DNA of 64,000 nt. Source: Amoebidium appalachense. Its lineage: Eukaryota; Protista; Ichthyosporea. A program made the translations under genes and the position numbers. Of this stretch, positions 1 to 13,392 are shown one piece after another. Under the pieces are notes generated by a model. That model searched no databases. It worked only from the letters and a program-made list of their open reading frames with translations, and had not been told where the DNA came from. How positions within the stretch are numbered: position 1 is the first letter of the stretch; every line of letters begins with the position of its first letter. The stretch is taken from contig CAVNZM010000001.1 in the NCBI GenBank assembly GCA_963693365.1, forward strand, positions 15,679,340 to 15,743,339, read 5' to 3'.

Positions 1-333
1 ATCTGGATCTTCGTCACTATCACTCTCTAGCTCGCTACTTGTGTGTTCACTGTCTTCTTCATCTATTAAAGTTAGCTGATGGCGCAGAACTACTTCTGTG
101 GTACCGTCAAAATCAAACTTTACTTTCCATTCACTGCCTTCGTTTGTCTTGCATCGTTTCACTACTGTGCCAACCAGTATTTGTGTGTCCCAACTCAGGC
201 CGAACTTCTTGTAAGACCAACGTGTGGTGTCATCTGTGAAATCTTCCCCCTGAACCCCGTCAAATATGTATGCAAAACAACAGACACGAGCTCCAGAATA
301 AAGTGACTCTATTGGGTCTAATGTTTTGGCCAT
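1..333 (-). CDS. Unknown protein, N-terminal 111 aa; ORF runs off the left edge of the window
   Basis: ATG at 333 preceded by an in-frame TGA; stop-free to position 1: MAKTLDPIESLYSGARVCCFAYIFDGVQGEDFTDDTTRWSYKKFGLSWDTQILVGTVVKRCKTNEGSEWKVKFDFDGTTEVVLRHQLTLIDEEDSEHTSSELESDSDEDPD. Complex sequence with no microsatellite. Missing from the ORF track because it has no stop in the window. Confidence 0.6.
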   Translation of the reverse strand, partial: MAKTLDPIESLYSGARVCCFAYIFDGVQGEDFTDDTTRWSYKKFGLSWDTQILVGTVVKRCKTNEGSEWKVKFDFDGTTEVVLRHQLTLIDEEDSEHTSSELESDSDEDPD

Positions 334-840
334 GTTGGGCGCTCATCTTTCACATGAAACCCATGGCTTGTTGTGTTCGCGGACTCAGCAAGTTTCGTCC
401 GTTTGATCATGAATCATGTTGTTGTCGAGCATGAATTCAAAAACTTGCAACAGCGTCGGCAACCAATAAAAGCTAGGGAAGGCCTTGTTAGTTACCGTAC
501 CAAAGACAAAAAAGGTGTAAACTTATGTTTTCTTACTGGCTGTACAAAAAAAAGCGGGCTCCTGGGCCCCAATAGCTCGCGGTATCCTTCCGAAACAAGC
601 ATTCCTAAAGTACTGCGGTCAGAGTACTTATGGCCGCTAAGTTCTCCGATCAGAGTACATTTCGGATGCATCAGTACGTAGGGGGATCTAACATCATTAG
701 TGCCATGGTGCTAGACAGGATGGCCCCGAGAAAGGCTTATTGTGCACAACAGCAGTATTTATGCTAAGTAATAGTTGGCAAGCACACTTTTGAGGGTAAT
801 TGGGTAGCTACGTGGCCACTGTATACACCACACGGCCAGG

Positions 841-890
<50 letters not shown>

Positions 891-1029
891 CGGAATGGGA
901 TGCGGCCTGCCGGCGAGATATTTCGGATGCGGGAAACTTGTGACCTGAAGCACTGGTCGGCATCATGGCCCCCCCCGGCCGCGGAGGTTGGGGAGGAGGG
1001 GGTTTGGGGGAGGGGGAGTGTGAAGGAAA

Positions 1030-1074
<45 letters not shown>

Positions 1075-1960
1075 TGATACAGGTATTTTTTTTTTCTTTT
1101 GACTGGTAAATTCAAGGTGATATGATATGTTCAATTTATGTCCTGATCTCTACAGGTCATCCAGAGGCAGTTTGTTGTTCACTAAGGGAATGAATAGCAA
1201 AATCATTTTTAAGCATTATGTATAACGTGTCCCATCATCTTCATATTAACACAACAGTGACTTCTACTCGGATACCCCCCCCCCCCCCCCCCCCCCCCCC
1301 CCCGCCCTCCCTGCCTCCCATACCACCCTTTAACTCCTCCGCCCTCTTCCCCCCCCCCTCCCCCCCCCCCTCTTCTCCCCTTGTCCTGTTTAGTTAGCTT
1401 TCGAAATCCTATTTCATATGGGGTATAGTGTGATATAGAATGTGTTCTACTGGAGGTGCACGACTTGTGATTCAACATGTATGTGATTAATTCAAGCCCT
1501 GAATCCCCCCTCCCCCCCCCCCCCCCCCCCTCTCCCTTAGACTGACTCCAACTCGGCCTCCCCGACAACCTTTCCACTCACCAGGTTCTTTCATTTGATT
1601 AATCGACATCTCCAATATATATAATACTGTATCCCTCGACGTGCCAATGTGCTAGTACTGCATGTATCTGGGCTTAGGTTTACCACACCTTGCTACAGCC
1701 ACCCCCCCCCCCCCCCCCCCCTCCCCCCCTCTCGGACCCCCTCCCTAGCCCAAGTCAAATGCTCTCTCTCTCTCTTCCTCCCGCCCTTCCCCTCTCTCTT
1801 TCCCCCTCCTTCTCCCTCCCCCTCCCCGCCTCACGCCCCCCCCCTCCCCCCCCCCCCCCCCCCCCCCCCGGCCCTCTCTTTTCTCTTTCTTTCTCTCTCC
1901 CTCGCTCCTTCCCTCCCTCTCTCCCTCTCTCCCTCTCTCCCTCTCTCCCTCTCCCTCTCT

Positions 1961-2058
<98 letters not shown>

Positions 2059-2102
2059 CCCCCCCCCCTCTCTCCTGCTCTCTCTCTCTCTCTCTCTCTC
2101 CC

Positions 2103-2160
<58 letters not shown>

Positions 2161-2958
2161 TACGACGCCTCTCTGCCTACATCTCTCTCTCGGAGCTCTC
2201 TCTCTCCTCCCCCTCCCCCCTCCCTCCCCCAGCCCCCAACCACCCCTGAAACGCTAGCTAGGCAGTGTTATTATTCAGTAATCACTGGTGTTGCTTTGCC
2301 AAGTCGAATAACAACCAAGCCGATTCCGTGCCCCCCCCCCCCCCCCCCCCCCCCTCCACACATATCCCTCACTCCCTCCCCCTCTCCCCCTCAAGCTCCT
2401 GGCCTTGAAATCCATTAATACCCCTCCTCCTTCAGCCTCTGCTTTCATTACCTGATTGATTTAGTACCAGATATCGTTATTAGGGCTCGTACCGATGTCA
2501 TAGTGATCGTATTCTAAATTGATTGTTCAGAAATGATAGGCAGACAAAGCCCTAACACAGAAACGACTGTGTGTATGAACAGTTACTGTGTTTGTGTGCG
2601 TGTGTGCGTGATCGCGCGCATGCGCCAAAGTATAGAGCAGGGGGGAAGGCAGAGGAGAGGAAGGAAAGACGGGGGGTGGAGGGGGCAAGAGGGGAGGAGG
2701 TGAGGGGGGAGAGGCGAAGGGGGTGGGAGGAGGAAGGGGGGGGAAGTGGGGAGGGGGCGGGGAGAGAAGAGGAGGGGATGAGGGAGGAGAGGGAGGAGGG
2801 AAAGAGGGGCGGAGACAGGGGGAAGGGGGGGGGGGTTGGGGTGGGGAGGGTGGGGAGAATGGGGAATTTGAGGAGACGGGGGAAAAGAGAAGGGGAAGGG
2901 GAGGGGGGAGTGAGGAGGGAGAAGAGGGCGGGGCGAAGGAGGGGATGGTGGGGGGTGT

Positions 2959-2993
<35 letters not shown>

Positions 2994-2994
2994 A

Positions 2995-3036
<42 letters not shown>

Positions 3037-3460
3037 AACCGGTCTATTGGTAATGCTTGTGCGCAGCAGGGGGTAAAACTATGTTGCCGGATAGTTTTGT
3101 AAAGTTAAAGCGTAACCTCCCCCACACGGCACATGCCCCCATCCGTCTTCCCACCGGATTCCCCACCTTCCCCCTTCTGCCCCTTCCCCCTTCTTGCTCT
3201 ATGCTCACAAGCAAAAACAAACGTGCACACGTTCATGCCATTACACAGACATCGGGGTGTTTTTTTTTCCAGTTTCATGATGTGCATACTCGTGTGCCGT
3301 CACAGATAGGACGAGCAGCAGCACGCACTACGTGCAGAACACACACCGAATATTGGCGCACTGGTGGCTTAGGCGTGGTGCATAAAGCACCTGTCTGCCA
3401 ACACATTTTTAATAAAAAAACAACAGTTTATCATGTGGGTAGCTCAAATTTTACTCCCCC

Positions 3461-3493
<33 letters not shown>

Positions 3494-4324
3494 AAACATA
3501 CACACACCCTCTTCTTCGATCCCCTTTCTTCATCCAAGAACCCCCCCCCCCCCCGTCTCCCCCCTCCCCCCCCCCCCCCTCCCTCCGATATTATCTCCCC
3601 GTCCCCTTTCTTCTTCTTCCGCTTCCAGTAAGACTCCGCTTACCACAAATTTTCGGTTCTTTTTTCACCTCACCTTCCTTCCTTCCTTCCTTCCTTACTG
3701 ATCCATGAAACCTAAACACTTCACCCGAAAAAAAACCATCGCACAGATATCGATAGAGTCTGACACACTCTTTTAGCTGATCAAGTTACTCACTGTCAAC
3801 ATCTTTTCAGCCACTCCTTTTTGCACAGTTAGTCAACAAACACTCATTTGCTGTATCATTCATTGATTATTGCATCAGATGCACTGCATCTGACAAAAAA
3901 AAAGAAACCTCCAAAAATCCACCCCACCCGCACATTGCTACAGAGGCGGGCCAAAATACGAACATCAAAGTGCACAATCATTAAATCATCACCAAACATT
4001 AAATGCCGGTAGAGTGAGGTTTTGAAGTGCTTTCAAACATACGAAATAATCTGACAGTAACTAAAGTAAAATAGGTAAGCAAGCTTTGTGGTGACACAGT
4101 ACAAAATTGCAACATAACCTATTAAACAATCAAAAAAGTCATGACAGCGCCTGAAAAAAGATTCTTGAAGCACATTATGCTTCCTGCGGAAACACATGTG
4201 CAGTTGCCCTCATCCTAAAACTTATGGCTGCAAGACCGCAAGCTGGCAATTCTACGATATGAAGATCGATTGTTGCCCTTCAAAAAAAAAAAAAAAAAAA
4301 AAAAAAAAGGAAAAGGCTGCTGCG

Positions 4325-4366
<42 letters not shown>

Positions 4367-4646
4367 GTGACAACACACGTGCTGTGTGTGTGTGTACGTA
4401 TGTGTGGGTGGGTGGTTGGGTTGGGTTGGGAGGAGGGGGGGGGGGGGGAGGGGGGAGGAGGAGGGGGGGGGGGGGGGGGGGGGGAGAGGGGAATGTATAA
4501 AAGCCCTAATAAGGCCTTTCTAACGCAAACATAACCTTTGCAAACCCCTTCTGTTCTTTTAAAACTCTTACGAATGCATCAGGAAAACACCAAACATTGC
4601 AACTTTTTCCGAGTACAGTCTACATAATTTCTACACCGCAGACATC

Positions 4647-5054
4647 TCACCCCATCGACGCCATGTTGAGTTGATGCAACAGACGCACAGCACTCCGCGG
4701 CCGCGTCACGAGACTCTCCTTGCTCGCGTCGTGGCCCAGGCACAACACATCCTCCCCGTCGCACACGTGCGCGTCACACAACACGTTGTGGCACGCACAC
4801 AGCCGCGATGCAATCCCGTCAATGTCACGCTCGAGCTCCTTGAAGGTGTGTGCTGTAACTGTAGGGGGGAGGGTGGTGATAGTGTGTCTCAAATGGTCGT
4901 CTTGGTAGCCATGGGGTGGGAGGGTGTGGCCGTGCCCAGGAAAAACCCCCGTGGAGTAAAGTCTGGAGGGGAGGCGGAGGAGAATCGGTGCGGCCGCCCC
5001 ACGAATGGCAGATGACAGAACGGGGTTGATGGTTCTCAGAGGAACGAGAAACAT
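4647..5054 (-). CDS. Small hypothetical protein (135 aa) with mitochondrial-presequence-like N-terminus
   Basis: ATG at 5054 after an A-rich leader; MFLVPLRTINPVLSSAIRGAAAPILLRLPSRLYST is Arg/Ser/Leu-rich with no acidic residues and an R-x-Y-S-type cleavage motif; His- and Cys-rich C-terminal part; GC-rich coding-like sequence. Confidence 0.5.
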   Translation of the reverse strand: MFLVPLRTINPVLSSAIRGAAAPILLRLPSRLYSTGVFPGHGHTLPPHGYQDDHLRHTITTLPPTVTAHTFKELERDIDGIASRLCACHNVLCDAHVCDGEDVLCLGHDASKESLVTRPRSAVRLLHQLNMASMG

Positions 5055-8000
5055 TTTTTTTTTCCCTCGCTGTTTTCTTTTTTTTTTTTTTTTTTTTTTT
5101 TTGTTCTCTTGCACGCTCACGGAAAAGTAGGAACATTTAGTATGAGAAAGTTTGGGATATCGAATGACAAGAGACCACTGTGTTTTTGGTCTTTCTTTTT
5201 CGGTTTGTTGCTAAACCTTCGATGGTTGATTTCGCACCTGTTCTTTCCCCTTTTTGTTTTGGCCAAATAAACTGGCATGCTTATCATCACGCCGGTGCTT
5301 ATATACCTTCCATATCCTCCCCCGCTATCACCATCAGCTGGCACGTGTACTACTGTTCGCAGGAGTACAGGTTGCGGGCACGCGTGTTCTGGGAAAGTAA
5401 ACAAACGGAGGCAGTCTCTCTAAACCTCTTCCCCTAAAGCTCTAAGGGGGCTTTTCTCATTTTCAAATTTCTAAAACTACTACGGGAGTCGGAGTCTCTG
5501 AGCCAGTGAGTCTGTTACATACCTGTAGCTTACGTTTTACTTTTAAAATAGAAGAATTTCTGCTTTTATATAGAACATAGCACCATGATTCTTTTATATG
5601 AATACTGGATAATTCGGATTCTGAAACTCATTCTGCAATTTCATCACATGCCACCCCCGAGCTGGTACCGTGCGAAGATCTATGGCTCATGAGCCGCGGA
5701 ATTCTGATCAGTTCACATGTTTGATTGGCCAGATCATGGATTTCGCGGGAAGCAGTGGGAAACTGATGGTTTATTAAAATTTCAACACTCCGACCCTTTG
5801 CCCTCCCTTTGTAGGTCGAGCTCACTCTAGGTGTGCAAAGAGTATTCTAGATGCTCCTTTCATGAGCACCTGATGTGGATACGTGGGGCACAATGGTCAA
5901 CACGAATCCTTCCCCCAGCTCCCCCGCAGCTCTCCCCCGCCCCCCGCCTCCCCCGCCTTGCCAGCCCCATGGCCCTCCCACGCCTCCGCTGCCTCCCCCG
6001 CCCAATCATGTCCCCCCTCCCCCCCCACCCTACCCCCCCCCCCCCACTCCCCCCTAACCTCCCCTACCCTCCCCTCTTCCTCCCTCCGTAAGCCGTGTGC
6101 CACACGGGGTGTGATACACAGGACAGCAATATATTTGCACATACACAAGCACACTTCAATACAAAGGTGGTCCGAAATACCGTCGAGATCTAGCAAGGCT
6201 GTAAACTATTGTTGGCAGATGGGCAGAGAAAGAGGTCTGGGTGTGTGCGTCCATGCATGTGGGTGAGGGCTGGGAGGAAGGAGGGTAGGGGGAGAGCCCG
6301 AGAGCACGGTACTTTTCGGTTCAATCGGATGCACGGGTTTTCTTTCTATCATGGATTTCGAATTCGATCGGAGGGAATCATTTGTGAAAAGGGCTGGGTG
6401 CGGTCCGCCAGACTGGCCGGCCCGAGGGAAGGGTGGGTGGAAGTTTGGAGGGCAGCACCCAGAAGGGAAGGGAGAGAGGAGGGAGGAGGGGGGGGGGGGG
6501 GTCCGAGGGGGCACCTTTTATCATCAAAACCCTAGCTAGTGGTGGTTCGGATCTCCCCCTCCCCCCCCCCCCCCCCCCCCCCCCCCCCCGCCACGCGTCC
6601 CCCCCTCTGCCAGCCTGCCTGGCCCCCACCTGACCCCGCCCCCACCCCTCACCCCCATGAACACCACAACATGGCACACCCTCCCCCTCCCGCAGGACAC
6701 ACCAACCGCCCAACCAGGTGCTTCCTCCCATTACTCTTACCCCCTCCCCCCTCCCCTCCCCCCTCCTCCCCCCCCCCCCCCCCCCGGTCCCCTCTCTTCA
6801 ACGCCCAGCAGACCATAGGGGTTGTGGCCACTCCTCCCTCTTCGGAGATTTCCCATCCTCTCCCATCCCCTACCCCCACACCCATACTCAGCTTCATTCT
6901 GCCCCCCTCCCCTCTCCCCGGCACTCTCTTCGGCCCGCAGCTCTCTCCCGAGCAACTCACAAAGCTCTCGGCCCCTTCCCTCCAACCAACAACAATGGCA
7001 GCTTCTCATCTTGCTCACCCTTTGCGTGTGTATGTATGTTTTGCAGGGCATGACATGTGCTGTGCTAGCGTGTCTACACATAATAATAGTGTGTGTTTGT
7101 GTGTGCGTGTGTGCCTGTGTGCGTGCGTGCGCGTGCGTGTGTGCTTGGCACTGCATGTATGTGTGTGCATGCCTTTGTGTGTGTCTCTGCATGCTCATTT
7201 GTGTGTGCGTGTGCGCAGTTTATGTGTGCATGTGCGCCTGCACTTCTATGTGATTGCATACCTCCGTTGGTGTATACATATGATATATATCTGCAGGAGC
7301 ATTGTCTGCATTGTGTTGTTTGGGCGAATGTCGTGGTTGACGTGTGCAAATATTGTATACGCATGTTTTTCTCAGTGTACATGTGTGTGTGTGGAGAATT
7401 CTGAGTATGTGTGTGTGCGTCTGTGTGTGCAGTCTCTGTATCTCTCTCTCTCTCTGTGTGTGTTTATGTGTGTCGCTGTTTGCAAGTGTGTACTTGTGTG
7501 TGCGTGGGCATATGTGTGCGTGTACACGTGTGTGTGCGTGTGTGTCAGTATGCGTGTGTGCATGTGTTTGCGTGCCGCACGGTGCCACGTGCGCGTGCGT
7601 GTGTCGAGAAGTGCGTGCGCGCGTGTGTGCGTGCGTGTTTGCCTGCGTGTGTGTGTCTGTGCGTCTGTGTGTGAGTGTATAGGTCTGTGTGTGTGTCTGT
7701 CTGTGCGTGTGTGCACGTGCACGTGCGTGTGCATGTGTGTGCATGTTTTTTTATATATGATTCATCAGGCCATAGGTACGGTGTGCACATGTGTTCAAGT
7801 TGCGAATGTTTCTGTGGTGTGCTAATTAGTTAGTGTTTGCATGTCTCTGCCTGGGGCACGCACACACGTGTTTGCGGCGTGCGTGTGTATGCATGCGCAT
7901 GTGCCACAATGTGACAATGGAAAATGATGGGACTGATATACAGACTGGACTTGACTTTCGTGCATACGTTCGTAATTACATGCCCGCAATTCCCATGCCA

Positions 8001-8763
8001 CCCTGATCACAATGCCATTGTTACCCTTGCATCAGTAACTTTACTGGTAGCAATTTCTCTTTGCTGTAAGCCTCGGCCTATGTGTCTTGCTGCTAGGGTA
8101 GCTGTACATGCATGTTGGTAAGTAGTTCCATCGTGCGGCACAGTTGGCAATCACCACAACGAAGCCTCGCACCAGGTGCACGTGATAAAATGCTCACCGG
8201 TGCGCACCGCTGCGGCATTCAACTTGACTCAAGAATCTCTTAGATCCAATACAATAGACATTTCTGATTGGATAGATACTCGCGGGCAATATTACAGAAT
8301 CAGCCACTGGCCCACTCACTCTCGACGAATCGGTGCGTACATCGCGGGTGCCAAAGTATAAAATCCGACGAGGCAGATGCACAGTTTCAGACGACGTCGT
8401 TTCGGAATCGGACTTGCTTTGGCAAGTTCACACAACTACTTTTACAGAAACTATACAGCGCAACCTACTAATATAACTTACACCTTAATATAGTACTTAC
8501 ATGTCCAGTATTACAGAGTTTAATAGTGGTCTGCCACTCTATTGTACCCAAATCCAGTTCGTTCCCAATCATTTACATGCGTGCTGTTGTACAGCTGAAA
8601 AACACGAAGAAACACAAGCCAAGTAGCGAGAACCCTCAAAACAGAGCACATGCATGTTCAGCCTCTAGCTAAGTTGTAGGTCACTGTGCACAAGGATGGG
8701 ACCAGTTTGACCAGCACAAAATAAGAGTTGAATGCACACAATAATAACCATAGCTTAGGAAAA

Positions 8764-8926
8764 GTAAATTTGAGCAGCCGTCTCTCGAGAGCTCCTTCAA
8801 TTTGCAAGGAAGTTCATGTTACTTCACTACCACTACTACTATTTGCGTAAATTTGAGCAGCCGTCTCTCGAGAGCTCCTTCAATTTGCAAGGAAGTTCAT
8901 GTTACTTCACTACCACTACTACTATT
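8764..8926. repeat. Direct tandem duplication, 2 x ~80 bp (period 83), just upstream of GPCR-A
   Basis: gtaaatttgagcagccgtctctcgagagc...ctactactatt at 8764 and again at 8847. Confidence 0.9.
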
Positions 8927-8976
8927 GCCATTGCCGCCCCTAGCTAATTGGGCAGACTAGCAACTTTAACGCTGAC

Positions 8977-10034
8977 ATGCATCTGAGCAGCTTTACGTGT
9001 CTGGGTGTTCTCGTGACACCCTTTATAAGCTTTCCACTCACAGTAGAAAGTGCACAAGCAACATGGAAAACACACGCACAAGAACTGTGCAAAACATACA
9101 AAACATGTTGCCGCGATGGACAGACGGTTTTACGGGTCACTGCAGATGATGTTGAGGTCTGGGATGTGGAGGATGCGCCTACGGCCAGGGAGTTTGTGGT
9201 GAGGCAAATACAAAAGGATGGGGGGTTTGAAAATGTGGCGCGCAGCGACAGGATAATCATGTGGCAACCGTACTTGGGCAGGAGGGAAAGTAAGTCGGTT
9301 GCGGAAAAAATGCCTCTCTGTTCATGCCAATCATCCTTATCGCCGGTCTTCCCTTTATTTCATATCTTTGTTTGTGGCTACCAAAGTTTTCAAACAGTAT
9401 TCTTTATCCTCCTTATGGGGCGCCCATAATCGTCCTTATTGCTAGAAGTTCTGTTAGTAGGGTGCATGTGTAGTATGGTGTGTTGCCCCAGGTGCGTGCA
9501 TAACTCCTTGTTTGTCTGTTTCAACCGTGTGTGTACTTCCTTCCCCCTGACAACCATCACGTATTCCCCACACACGACCTGCTTCATGGCCCCCCATCAC
9601 TTAGCGAGCCCAACCCCTGCACATGCATGCCCCCTCTCACCTCTGCCCAAAAACCATATAATATGTATATTTGCTATGTTTTGTACCTTTCATCTGAGTA
9701 CAATCATGTTTGCCCGTTTCTTCTGCCGCACTAGCACGTACCTGTGTGTTAGCACAACCCGTTGACTTGCCCAGACATTTGAAAAAGCTGCGGGATTTTT
9801 TTCTCTTTCCCCCCTCCTTCCTCGCTCCTCCCCCCTCCCCCTCCTTCCTCTCTCCTCCTCCCCTCCCCCCCTCCCCCCCTCCCCCCCCCCACCCCCCCCC
9901 CCCCCCAAAAAAAAAACCTTTCGTCCGAGTTCTAAGCTTTACGTGGTGAATTTTTTCTTTCCCCCCCCCCCTCTCCCCCTCCCCCCCCCCTCCGACCCCT
10001 CTCTTTTTTCCCCCCCCCTGAAAAAAAAAAGCGG

Positions 10035-10088
<54 letters not shown>

Positions 10089-10736
10089 AAATTCGTCCAA
10101 GTTCCAACTTGAAGGAGTACTGCCAAAGAGTTTTCACTGGGACAAAATAATGTATACATATAACTAAGCTGTAATACACCCAATGCAGAGCCCTCCCCCA
10201 TTCAGCGGCAAATCGTAATGGCCATGCAAGAGGTGGCCTGCCAGCGAATCACAGCCGGTCTCCCCTTTGAAGGTCACGTGATCAACCTTCTAATCAATGA
10301 GATTACAAATCCCGACAACATAAATCTCCCAAACGACAAATTTCCCGATTTGACCATCTTCCGTGAGGATTCCGTGCTCCCACATATGAACCTTGGACTG
10401 GGATCGGATCTCACGCAGTTTATGATCGAAGATTTGGCTCGAGGAAAGGATGTGTCCTATGACGTACCCGTAAACTTCCTAACCTCCCTACGGAATTCCG
10501 ATGGTCACTGGGTTGCGCTACCTTTTCTGTCCAATTACCGTGAATTGTTGTTCAATTCTACCACATTTACAAAATTGGACATTCCTTTTCCGCCGCCGTT
10601 CAATATGAGCGCATCTGATTGGACGTGGAAATCCTTTGTGAAGATTGCTACTAAGATCACCCAAAGCATGCCGGTAAGTGTTCTTATATTTAATGATAGG
10701 ATATGAAGCGTGTTTTCGCACATTGCACGCAAGCAG

Positions 10737-10805
<69 letters not shown>

Positions 10806-11183
10806 ACACGTACACACGCACACACACACACCCAATTACACATCACTTTCAGGATCGCAGGATACCTACACCACACACGAGCAGGTCTTCGTTGTTTATT
10901 CCTTAAGCCCATTCCGTGTAATATTGGAACAAATTTGCACCAGTGCAATTGTTTTGTCCCCTAATACTGCCACCCCCCCCCCCCCTCCCCCCTCCCCCCT
11001 CCCCCCCGCCTCCCCTCCTCCTCCCCCCCCCCCCCCCCCCGGCCCCGCCCGCCGCCCCCCCGGTCGCCCGCCCATTCACCACCCATCCCTCTGTCCTCCC
11101 CTCTCCAAACACACACGATACCGATATGACAAACACGTACTCGCACACACATGCACACACACGCGCGCGCACGCACACACACG

Positions 11184-11217
<34 letters not shown>

Positions 11218-11733
11218 AACACACAGAAACAGTACGGGTTCACGTTCTTCCCAGAGTGGCAGGGAGAGATGGAACTTGTATCTCTTATCGGAAGAGCGTT
11301 CGGTGCACTCCCCACCAGCCCGCGCAAAGACGCACCCACCCTATACAACTGCAATCTCGGGAGCGAGAAATACGTGCGCGCTCTCAAGGAAATTATGATA
11401 CCCCTCTTTTCCAACGCCACCAACCCAACCTTCTTCCCACCAAACGACCCAAATATGGCCGCATGGGAAGCCGCGTATCCGGTCATCGATCCATGGACCC
11501 CCCCTTTTGCACATTATTTCGACCCTGAAGTTCCAGTTGTAGGTATGTCGCTAACTACAGATGAGCCGTTAAATATGACTAAGCATCCGGAATTGCTGTA
11601 TGCCACCCTCCCTGGGGGGGTCAGTTTCGGCAGCGGCACCGGCGTGAGCGTGACGTCACGCGCACAAAATGGGTATGTGGATTCCGATTGGCTAGTATGG
11701 CTCATTACTTTACCTCCCCCCCCCCTTCTCCCT

Positions 11734-11764
<31 letters not shown>

Positions 11765-11765
11765 C

Positions 11766-11796
<31 letters not shown>

Positions 11797-13351
11797 AATA
11801 AAAATCACCACCACCACCACAACTTCTCCGTTAAGTTCAGTTTTGGTTCCCGAGCCGATAGTTATCGCAGGCTCCCGCTTCCCACCAGCCCCTCCAAAAC
11901 GAAAAAAAGGAGGGGAAAAACTCAAAAGAGTGCGTGGGTTGGGGGGGGGGGGGGGGTGAGGGGGTTGTGTGTGTGGGGGGGGGGGGGGGGGGATGGGGGA
12001 GGAAGGAGGGAGGATTTTGTGGCATCTATTCATTTGAACTGTTGTGTGAAATGTGTAAGCCCCGTTGTATAAATCTAATATGAGCTACCGATTTGCTCTC
12101 CACATACACAAATTCTTTTACCAAACTCCTTTCCCCCAATCCCCTAGCCTTATCGTTACTTCCTTTTTCGTCCTCCACCTCTCCCGCTCGAACCCCCTTC
12201 CTTCCCTCCCCCCCCCCCCCCCCCCCCCCCAAACACATGCACACACACACATACACACCACCCTTCAGCAACAGCCATCCAAAAGCTCGGTTCTCTCTTT
12301 TTAATCTTTTCTTTCCTTAAAAGAACCGAAAAAGGAAGGGAGGAAGTTAAACTTACTCACTCATCCACCCCCACACAGCACACTTGCATGGACCCTAGTG
12401 CGCCTACTGACCAATCCGAATGAGAGCTACGTTAAGCAAGCCAATCAGGACATGGAACTGCTGCCCCCGTACCGCAGCACGTGGCGCCTAAAGCCCTTTT
12501 CTGATTGGACGAGCAGCATGGCCGTGTACGAGAACGTCCTTCCTTTAACACACCCACATCCTGTTCCTCGCGAGATGGATTCCATGTTGCGTGTGAAACC
12601 CTTTCGCACTTTAATCCATTTGATTCGCCGTGGTACGCCTCCCGTTAAAGCAGCGGAAATAGCTTGTTCGGTAATCAGCAGGCAACTCCTACCGGAATGC
12701 ACTGCGGAATTCGTTGCTCCAAATTTAGAGAATCCGTGCGATCCGGTGACCAATCAGAAAACAGTCACATTTAGTTGGAGCGAGTGGGCGCCGTGCCGCA
12801 ACACCAGCGCTTTACCCTCCTCTGTGAAGATCACGTGTGACCACTGGGGTAGCCAATCGGAAATCGGAATTCTTCTGCACGTGCTCGGTGCAGTTGGGCT
12901 CATTTTGGCTTTGTTGCTTTCGATTGGGCTGTGGTGGTTCCGGAATGAGAAGGCGGTAAAAAGTGCGAGCCACTTCTATACCCAACGTAAGTGCACTCTG
13001 TCCACGAACGTAGGAACGACTCCGCCTTAGTGTAGGTGAAATGTTGAACAGGGTTTGAAGGGGAAAGGAGTGGAAAAGGAAGTCAAGTGTATGTGTATTA
13101 AGGGAGAACGGATAATTGGGCAGAAGGTGTGTGCCCAGGGGGTGGGGGAGGGGGGGGGGGGGGGGAGGGGAGAGGGAGAGGGACGGGGGATGGGAAGCAG
13201 AGGGGGGGACGGGGGAAGGGGAGGAGGAAGGGTGGCCGGGGGAGGGGGGGGAGGGGGGGGGGGAGATGGAAGGAAAAGGAAGAAGGAGAAGGGAAAGGGG
13301 GAGGCAAGGATGTTGGTGTGTGTGTACATGTTTGGTTTTATGTGTGTGTGT

Positions 13352-13392
<41 letters not shown>

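Noticed and set aside
8300-8420. Shared TATAAA..cgagg promoter motif upstream of both GPCRs
   Set aside because: The match is too short and the distances to the ATGs are very different; may be chance.
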